Shown piece after piece: positions 57,848 through 64,000 of a stretch of DNA of 64,000 bases. The stretch spans positions 253,041-317,040 of the forward strand of contig CAWBIT010000004.1 in the NCBI GenBank assembly GCA_963789025.1, read 5' to 3'. The notes beneath the pieces were generated by a model. It saw only the letters and a list, made by a program, of their open reading frames with translations, made no database searches and was not told the origin of the DNA. Position 1 is the stretch's first letter; every line of letters starts with the position of its first letter. The stretch comes from an uncultured Alphaproteobacteria bacterium (GTDB lineage: Bacteria > Pseudomonadota > Alphaproteobacteria > ATCC43930 > CGMCC-115725). A program made the position numbers and the translations under genes.

Positions 57848-58465
57848 ATGAGCAGCAAGCGTCAGGAACCGAAATACAAGATCAATCGGCGTCTCCAGGT
57901 GAACCTTTGGGGGCGGCCGAAGAGCCCGCTCAACCGGCGCGAATACGGTCCGGGGCAGCATGGGCAGCGGCGCAAGAAGCCGTCGGATTTTGGCACGCAG
58001 CTCGCCGCCAAGCAGAAGCTGAAGGGCTACTACGCCAATATCGGCGAGCGCCAGTTCCGCCGCCTCTACGCCGAGGCGGTGCGGCGGCGCGGCGACACCG
58101 GCGACAATCTGATCGAGCTGCTCGAGCGGCGGCTGGACGCGGTGGTCTACCGCATGAAGTTCGTGCCGACGCCGTTTGCCGCGCGTCAGCTCGTCAACCA
58201 CAGGCACGTTCTCGTCAACGGCCGGCGCATCAACATTCCGTCCTACACGGTGGGCGATGGCGACACGGTCGAGCTGACGGCGAAGGCGAAACAGATGGCG
58301 CTAGTACTCGAGGCGTCCGGGTCAGGCGAACGGGACGTCCCGGATTATCTCGAAATCGACCACGACCGCATGCGGGGCCGGTTTATCCGCGCACCCAAGC
58401 CCACCGATGTGCCTTATCCGGTGTCGATGGAGCCCAACCTCGTCATCGAGTACTACTCCCGCTGA
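57848..58465 (+). CDS. rpsD: 30S ribosomal protein S4
   Basis: 205 aa. ...KYKINRRL...YGxQLxxKQKLKxxY...[11 protein letters not shown]...[22 protein letters not shown]... is unmistakably S4. Confidence 0.97.
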   Translation: MSSKRQEPKYKINRRLQVNLWGRPKSPLNRREYGPGQHGQRRKKPSDFGTQLAAKQKLKGYYANIGERQFRRLYAEAVRRRGDTGDNLIELLERRLDAVVYRMKFVPTPFAARQLVNHRHVLVNGRRINIPSYTVGDGDTVELTAKAKQMALVLEASGSGERDVPDYLEIDHDRMRGRFIRAPKPTDVPYPVSMEPNLVIEYYSR

Positions 58466-58548
58466 CCCTTTAGCGCGATCGCGTTCCTGATCCACACTGA
58501 TGGCGGCGCGCCCGCTTTCGGCGGGCGCCATCTCGACAGGCGATTGCG

Positions 58549-59853
58549 ATGCTTATCCTGCACCTCTCGATCGTCCTCTTGCTGATCATCGTGAACAGCG
58601 TCTTTGCGATGGCCGAAATCGCGCTGGTCTCGGCGCGGAAGGCGCGCCTGGTGCCGCTCGCCGAGGCTGGGAACCGTGGCGCCCAGGCGGCGCTCGAACT
58701 GAAGGCGGATCCCTCGCGCCTGCTCTCGACCGTCCAGATCGGCGTCACCTTGATCGCCGTCCTCTCCGGTACTTTCGGGGAAGCTACTTTGGGCGACCAA
58801 CTCGAGCGGCAGCTCGGTACCTATGGCGGATTTGCCGCGCGCTACGCGCATGTGATCAGCATGGCGGTTGTCGTGATCGGCATCGCGTACTTCTCGCTGA
58901 TCCTCGGCGAGCTCGTGCCAAAGCGCATCGCACTGCTCCACCCCGAGCGGATTGCCGCTGCGCTCGGCCGCTTCATGCGCGCGATTGCGCGGGTCGGAGC
59001 GCCGATCGAATGGTTCTTGAGCGCATCGACGGATTTTGTGCTTCGCCTGCTGCCGGTCCGCAGCCAGGGGGCCGCCCCCGTCACCGACGAGGAGATCACC
59101 TTCATGTTGCGCGAGGGGGTTGCGGCCGGGCACATCCCGCTCGCCGAGACCGCCATCGTCGAGATGGCGCTGCGGCTCGGAGAGCGCCGGGCGAGCGCCG
59201 TCATGACGCCGCGGACGCGGATCGAATGGCTAGATCTCGACGATCCGGAGGAGGACACCCAGCGCAGGATCCGTGAGAGCAACTACTCACGGTTTCCGGT
59301 GGTGCAGGGCGGCTCGCAGCAGGTGATCGGGATCGTCCAGGCCAAGGACCTGCTCGCCGCGTGCCTCGCCCGCCAACCGCTCGATCTGCGGGCCGCGACT
59401 CGGCCGCCGCTCTATCTGCCCAACACGGTCACGGTGCTCCGTGTCCTGGAAGTGTTCAAGACCTCCGGTGAGCCGATGGCGCTGATCGTCGACGAGTACG
59501 GCGATCTCGAAGGACTGGTCACGCCGAGCGACATCCTCGAGACCTTGGTCGGCGATATCCCGGACTCGCCCGCGGCCGATCAGAGAATTGTACGGCGCGA
59601 CGACGAGACCTGGCTGATCGACGGCATGGTCGGACTCGACGAGCTGAAGCAGGTGCTGGGGATTTCCCGCTTGCCCGGCGAAGACCCGGACTTCCACACC
59701 CTAGGCGGCTATTTGATGGCCCGCCTCAATCGCGTCCCGATGGAAGCCGACCGCATCACCGCCGACGACTGGCGCTTCGAGGTCGTCAAAATGGACGGCC
59801 GCCGGGTCGACCGAGTACTGGTGACGCCGCTCAAGGGCAGAAGCCGACGATGA
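58549..59853 (+). CDS. Hemolysin-family / CNNM (DUF21)-CBS-CorC_HlyC domain membrane protein
   Basis: N-terminal DUF21 (LLLIIVNSVFAMAEIALVSARKARL), a CBS pair, and a C-terminal transporter-associated domain (...GGYLMARLNRVPMEADRI...WRFEVVKMDGRRVDRVLV). Confidence 0.85.
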   Translation: MLILHLSIVLLLIIVNSVFAMAEIALVSARKARLVPLAEAGNRGAQAALELKADPSRLLSTVQIGVTLIAVLSGTFGEATLGDQLERQLGTYGGFAARYAHVISMAVVVIGIAYFSLILGELVPKRIALLHPERIAAALGRFMRAIARVGAPIEWFLSASTDFVLRLLPVRSQGAAPVTDEEITFMLREGVAAGHIPLAETAIVEMALRLGERRASAVMTPRTRIEWLDLDDPEEDTQRRIRESNYSRFPVVQGGSQQVIGIVQAKDLLAACLARQPLDLRAATRPPLYLPNTVTVLRVLEVFKTSGEPMALIVDEYGDLEGLVTPSDILETLVGDIPDSPAADQRIVRRDDETWLIDGMVGLDELKQVLGISRLPGEDPDFHTLGGYLMARLNRVPMEADRITADDWRFEVVKMDGRRVDRVLVTPLKGRSRR

Positions 59854-59962
59854 TGGACGCAGAGGTGCGGCAATACGACAATGCGGCCGAGGAAGACGTG
59901 GGTGGCCGGGCCATGCCCGGCCACGGGATGCTCTCTGGTTGTAGAAGATCGCGTAGGGCGAT

Positions 59963-60820
59963 CTATCCCAGGTGCTTCTTGTAGAAGGCGGCGACCGGGT
60001 CGAAGGATGCGCTGGTCGAGCGCTTTTCGTTGTCGACATAGACGATCTCGATGTCGCCGCCCGCCTTCCTATAGTTCGAGACGAACCGTTCGGGCTCGTT
60101 GCCGGGGAAGTTTGAATCGTCGTCGTGGTAGTCGTGCACGATGTCGGGGCGGCCCTGCACCCACAGCACCGGCGGGGTCGGCACCTTCTCGCCGCGTTCG
60201 AGGAGCAGCATCGGGTTGCCCTCCCGCATCGCGTCTTCGCTCTTCCAGTAGGTGTCGTGCTTTTCCTTCATGCCGATCGAGAATGCCGGCGGGTTTGGTC
60301 CCTTCGCCAGCTTCTGGGCGTTGCGGTAACGCGACAGCGGGTTGATGACGGGCCACGACATCGCGACGGCGCGCACCGTCGCATCGACTTGCGGCGATCC
60401 CGCCGGCAACGGGGCCGAGGCGTATCGAGAATCAGTCGGGCGCATCGCCGCCAGCATCGCGAGATGGCCGCCGCTCGACTGACCCGCGATGCCGATCCGG
60501 TTTGGATTGACCTTGAGCTCGCGGGCATGCGCCTTTACCCAGCGGATCGCATAATTGATGTCGATCAGCGAGTTCGGATAGCCGTCGGCGGCATGGCGGA
60601 AATTCAACGAGGCGACGACAAAGCCGTTTTTGGCCAAGGTTTCATCAAGCCCTTGGGTGCCGGTCAGGTCCCCGCTGGTCCAGGCGCCGCCATGGAGGTC
60701 GATGACCGCCGGGAACGGACCGTCGCCCTTCGGCTTGTAGAGCCGCGCGATCAGCCGCGCGTCGCCATGGCGGAGATATTCGACATCTTCGGTCGTGAAT
60801 TCGTGAGTGTTATTCGGCAT
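59963..60820 (-). CDS. Alpha/beta hydrolase (HSL-type esterase/lipase)
   Basis: Start at MPNNTHEFT (ATG at 60820). HGGAW oxyanion motif and GQSSGGH nucleophile elbow. The track ORF extends 178 codons further upstream without sense. Confidence 0.8.
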   Translation of the reverse strand: MPNNTHEFTTEDVEYLRHGDARLIARLYKPKGDGPFPAVIDLHGGAWTSGDLTGTQGLDETLAKNGFVVASLNFRHAADGYPNSLIDINYAIRWVKAHARELKVNPNRIGIAGQSSGGHLAMLAAMRPTDSRYASAPLPAGSPQVDATVRAVAMSWPVINPLSRYRNAQKLAKGPNPPAFSIGMKEKHDTYWKSEDAMREGNPMLLLERGEKVPTPPVLWVQGRPDIVHDYHDDDSNFPGNEPERFVSNYRKAGGDIEIVYVDNEKRSTSASFDPVAAFYKKHLG

Positions 60821-61289
60821 ATTCACTCCCTTCCGGGGTTGCTCTGCTGTATCGGCAACTCCGAAATCGAAGCCGACTTCACACCCTACTCGCTCCGCGC
60901 AGAGCGGGAAAGAAGCAGGCCGGGTAAGATGGCAAATCGGCAGGCGCGCCCGGCACGTTGAATATGCAACCCGGGTCAGGGCCATTCTGGGACTTTCGCA
61001 AACCACAATCTGAAAATTACACCATCGATTGCCGATCGCTGCACCTGCAGCAAATCTGCAGCAGAATTTCTCTTTGAGGTTGCGCGAGCCATCGGCCGCC
61101 CGCCCCAACGCCGCACTGTGACCTGGAGTGCGTCGCTGTCGGAACGCCGCCATCAAGCGCGACGGATCGTTCGGTTCTAAAGTAAGTCGACTCGTATTGC
61201 GCAACCTTTTCGCGCGGCCGCTCGCGGGGAAAGCTGCGCCTTGATCTAAATCATTCAACGATGCGGGGCGAGCGTATAAGTCTTCTCTC

Positions 61290-62285
61290 GTGACCAGCGT
61301 TGCGACTTGGCTAAAAGATTTCGCCGCCGTCCCGACGGGGGCGTTGCCACGCAACGTCTATCGCTACGTGTTTGGGACGAGCGCGCTGCATCAGCTGGCG
61401 CTGCTGGCGCTGACGGCCAGCATCGCCTTGCTCGAAGTCGCCCCACTCGAATTGCAGCGCCGGATTGTCAACGATTTGGTCAAGCACCGCCCCTATTCCT
61501 GGGTCATATGGCTGTGCGCGGTTTATGCCGGCGTCGTGCTCGTCCAGGGCAGCACCAAGCTCGCGCTCAATATCTACCGTGGCTGGGTCGGCGAGCGGGC
61601 CAAGCGCGACCTGCGTCGTCGAGTGCATACCGTCGTCGAGGCGCCAGCGGCCATTTCGCCCGCCGCCGAGGCCCAAGGCATCTCGATCTCGATGATCGTC
61701 GCCGAGGTCGAGCCGATCGGCGGCTTTGTCGGAGAGAGCGTGTCCGAGCCGCTGTTGCAAGCCGGCATCATGGCGTCAGTATTGGCCTATCTGATTCATA
61801 TTGACCCGTGGATGGCGCTCGCCGCTATCGCTCTCTTCATCCCGCAGCTGATTTTTGTGCCGTTGCTGCAATTGGCGGTGAACCGACGCACCGGGGCGCG
61901 CATCCAGGTGTTGCGCCAGCTCGGCATCGCGATGATCGCCCGCAATGACGACGCCGAGGACGATCGCCGGATCGAGCGGGCTTTCGCGCTCGACATGGGC
62001 ATCTTCAAGATAAAATTTACGATGAATTTCCTGATGAACCTCTGTAATCACCTACAGATCGTATCCGCGCTGCTGGTCGGGGGCTGGTGGGTTTATACGA
62101 ATCATCTTGAAATCGGCGGCGTCGTCGCGTTTATTTCCGGGATCGGGCGGATCAACGATCCCTGGGGCGATCTCGTCAACTACTTCCGCGACGTCAACGT
62201 CACCCAAGTCAAATATCGTCTGCTAGCCGACGCCGTCATCAGCTTGGCCCGCCCTCCCGGCACAACCGATCGCGCGCAATTATAG
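61290..62285 (+). CDS. Six-TM ABC-transporter-like membrane-domain protein (no ATPase domain)
   Basis: 331 aa with a GTG start. Spacing of the hydrophobic helices resembles an ABC exporter TMD. No Walker motifs. Confidence 0.5.
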   Translation: MTSVATWLKDFAAVPTGALPRNVYRYVFGTSALHQLALLALTASIALLEVAPLELQRRIVNDLVKHRPYSWVIWLCAVYAGVVLVQGSTKLALNIYRGWVGERAKRDLRRRVHTVVEAPAAISPAAEAQGISISMIVAEVEPIGGFVGESVSEPLLQAGIMASVLAYLIHIDPWMALAAIALFIPQLIFVPLLQLAVNRRTGARIQVLRQLGIAMIARNDDAEDDRRIERAFALDMGIFKIKFTMNFLMNLCNHLQIVSALLVGGWWVYTNHLEIGGVVAFISGIGRINDPWGDLVNYFRDVNVTQVKYRLLADAVISLARPPGTTDRAQL

Positions 62286-62389
62286 CTCAAAAGGTGCCGC
62301 TAAGGCTGGCATCGGACTGCGCTCTCGGCCGGGACCCGGCTACGCTTTGCAACTGAGTCATGGTTGCTCTCCTTGCGAACGGCTTCCGG

Positions 62390-62920
62390 CTACAGCATTC
62401 CCATCGGTCCCATCAGCAGCTCGTCGGCGGTTTTCTTTTGCTCGTCGGTCAGCGCCGCGTAGAGAGGGTCAACCGCCGCCTTGAGCCGGTGCAACGCTTC
62501 GAGATGCGCCGTCATTATTTTTTCCCGCAACGCCAGCTTTTCCGGCAGCGTGGCCCTCTGCGAGCTCCCCATCATCGCGCCCGACATTGCGCTCATGCTT
62601 TTGGCATTGGCGCGGATCGCGTCAGCGACCGCGTTCCAGAGCGGGAGCTGGGCGTCGGTGATCTTGAGCTCGGTCTTCAGAAAGGCTAGTCGCCCTTCGA
62701 CATGCCCGGCCATCATCGGCATACCGCCCATGCCGTCCTGGCCCATCATCATCCGCATCATGCCCATCATCGGCATGCCGCCCGCGCCAGCGGGCATCCC
62801 TGCATTTGGCGCTGTCGCTGCTGGCGGATGATGCTGCTCGTGCTCCTGCTGTTGGGCGAGCGCAGGAGCGCCAAGAAGAGCGAGGATCACAGCCAATGAG
62901 ACAACTCTCGGTTGATACAT
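62390..62920 (-). CDS. Periplasmic Met/His-rich Spy/CpxP (LTxxQ)-family protein, probable metal (copper) binding
   Basis: Signal peptide, then EHEQHHPP and the Met tracts GGMPMMGMMRMMMGQDGMGGMPMM, then helical LKITDAQ...LTDEQ repeats. Divergent from copA. Confidence 0.6.
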   Translation of the reverse strand: MYQPRVVSLAVILALLGAPALAQQQEHEQHHPPAATAPNAGMPAGAGGMPMMGMMRMMMGQDGMGGMPMMAGHVEGRLAFLKTELKITDAQLPLWNAVADAIRANAKSMSAMSGAMMGSSQRATLPEKLALREKIMTAHLEALHRLKAAVDPLYAALTDEQKKTADELLMGPMGML

Positions 62921-63031
62921 GTGAATCTCCTTTCCAATCTGGAGTAATTATATCTGGTGGTGATGCCCGGTTGTTTGATCCAGATCAATTGATCGAGATT
63001 GTTTTCTCCCTAAATAGCAATTAATTAGGTT

Positions 63032-63081
63032 TAACTTTCCAGCGCGGGAAGGTTTCCAAAGTAACGTTCCAGCGCAGGAAG
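63032..63081 (+). promoter_or_regulatory. Two direct copies of a 20-bp near-palindromic box upstream of copA (candidate MerR/CueR-type operator)
   Basis: TAACTTTCCAGCGCGGGAAG (63032-63051) and TAACGTTCCAGCGCAGGAAG (63062-63081), 30 bp apart. Each contains TTCC-N6-GGAA dyad symmetry. The second ends 19 nt before the copA ATG. Confidence 0.35.
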
Positions 63082-63100
63082 CTAATGCGTAAGGACAACC

Positions 63101-64000
63101 ATGACCGCGGCCAAGGCTCTATTCCGCCAGCATCATCATCGCCTGGAGCCGCCCAACGCGGCGCATGATCCTGTGTGCGGGATGACGGTCGATCCGGCCA
63201 CCGCCAAGCACCGGGCCGAGCACGCCGGCGACAGCTATTTCTTCTGCAGCACCCGTTGCCGCGAAAAGTTCACGGCGGAGCCGGCGCGCTACGTCGTCTC
63301 CTCTCCGCGCGGAGGGCCAGCCGCCGGCGCGGCTGGCGAGGTCCTATGGACCTGCCCGATGCATCCGCAGATCGTGCGCAAGGAGCCGGGCAATTGCCCG
63401 ATCTGCGGCATGACGCTGGAGCCGATGACGCCCGCGGCCGGCGATGCTGTGAGCCCGGAATTGCGCGACATGACCCGGCGCTTCTGGGTTGGCGTCGCGC
63501 TCTCGGTGCCGCTGCTGGCCATTGCCATGGCCGAGCATTTCAACAAAGCGGCGCTCGACGCCTTGATCTCCCCTCGCCTTCTGGTCTGGGTGCAGCTGAT
63601 CCTCGGAACGCCTGCCGTGCTGTGGGGCGGCTGGCCATTCTTTCAGCGCGGCTGGGCTTCCATCGTAAACCGCCGGCTCAACATGTTCACGCTGATCGCG
63701 CTCGGCACCGGTGTCGCCTATGTCTACAGCTTGGTCGCCGCACTGACGCCGGGGATTTTTCCCGCCTCCTTCCGTGATCCCGACGGGCAGGTGCCGCTCT
63801 ATTTCGAGGCGGCAGTCGTCATCGTCACGCTTGTTCTGCTCGGTCAGGTCCTCGAACTCCGCGCCCGTTCCCAGACCAGCAGTGCCTTACGCGCCCTTCT
63901 CGATCTGGCGCCTAAGCGCGCCCGCCGGCTGCGTGCGGATGGCAGCGATGACGACATCCCGCTCGAAGACGTGATCCCCGGCGATCGCCTGCGCGTGCGG
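63101..64000 (+). CDS. copA: Copper-translocating P-type ATPase (CopA-like), 3' end outside window
   Basis: Not in the ORF track because it has no stop in the window. My translation gives [14 protein letters not shown]...[10 protein letters not shown]...[12 protein letters not shown] (YHS/TRASH domain) and [21 protein letters not shown] (metal-binding module), followed by TM helices and ...[16 protein letters not shown] of the actuator region. Confidence 0.9.
   Translation, partial: MTAAKALFRQHHHRLEPPNAAHDPVCGMTVDPATAKHRAEHAGDSYFFCSTRCREKFTAEPARYVVSSPRGGPAAGAAGEVLWTCPMHPQIVRKEPGNCPICGMTLEPMTPAAGDAVSPELRDMTRRFWVGVALSVPLLAIAMAEHFNKAALDALISPRLLVWVQLILGTPAVLWGGWPFFQRGWASIVNRRLNMFTLIALGTGVAYVYSLVAALTPGIFPASFRDPDGQVPLYFEAAVVIVTLVLLGQVLELRARSQTSSALRALLDLAPKRARRLRADGSDDDIPLEDVIPGDRLRVR

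Noticed and set aside
58497-58535. GC-rich hairpin (GCGCCCGC-TTTCG-GCGGGCGC, extended by GATG/CATC) after rpsD, considered as an intrinsic terminator
   Set aside because: No U-tract follows on either strand, so a classical rho-independent terminator cannot be supported. It may still be a structural element.
60821-61289. 470-bp gap between the esterase and the membrane protein, examined for a small RNA, riboswitch or small ORF
   Set aside because: It contains only short direct CTGCAG repeats and weak hairpins. I recognised no conserved RNA motif and no ORF with protein-like composition.

Overview
High-GC, alphaproteobacterial-looking (Rhizobiales-like) chromosomal segment, densely coding on both strands. 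All calls are by-eye motif recognition on the supplied ORF translations and my own re-translation; no searches were run.

Content in order:
1. 0-9 kb, ordinary metabolism: metallophosphoesterase (5' partial), membrane protein, orphan MazE-like antitoxin, CMD-family protein, beta-hydroxyacid dehydrogenase, two paralogous family III CoA-transferases, GST and GNAT.
2. 9.1-28.1 kb, a PQQ island. It holds pqqABCDE (minus strand; pqqA is hidden inside a longer track ORF), a ThuA-like protein, a NarL/NarX-type two-component pair and a TonB-dependent receptor. These are followed by a tandemly duplicated periplasmic module of 2Fe-2S small subunit, TAT-exported molybdopterin large subunit and an atypical PQQ dehydrogenase. 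The second copy also carries a TAT Rieske protein.
3. 28.2-29.3 kb: a GH10 xylanase-like gene interrupted by one in-frame TGA.
4. 29.5-46.4 kb: PAS histidine kinase, TPR protein, then a two-partner-secretion cluster. A TpsB transporter converges on a tightly coupled operon of TpsA exoprotein, CHASE2 nucleotide cyclase, TPR-CHAT protease and a DUF928-like protein. This is my best candidate for an undescribed system.
5. VOC-family protein and nhaA.
6. 48.9-55.8 kb: a decayed type I restriction-modification island. hsdM is truncated and frameshifted and runs in frame into a half-size hsdS; hsdR is 3'-truncated and joined to a 5'-truncated LVIVD-repeat gene. It contains an intact-looking vapBC pair, a TA remnant and a PfkB-kinase fragment.
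7. typA, rpsD, a CNNM/TlyC-type protein, an esterase, a membrane protein, and a copper module (Met-rich Spy/CpxP-like protein divergent from a 3'-partial copA).

Two families of nested-palindrome REP-like elements sit directly after several stop codons. I recognised no rRNA, tRNA, CRISPR array, transposase or integrase.
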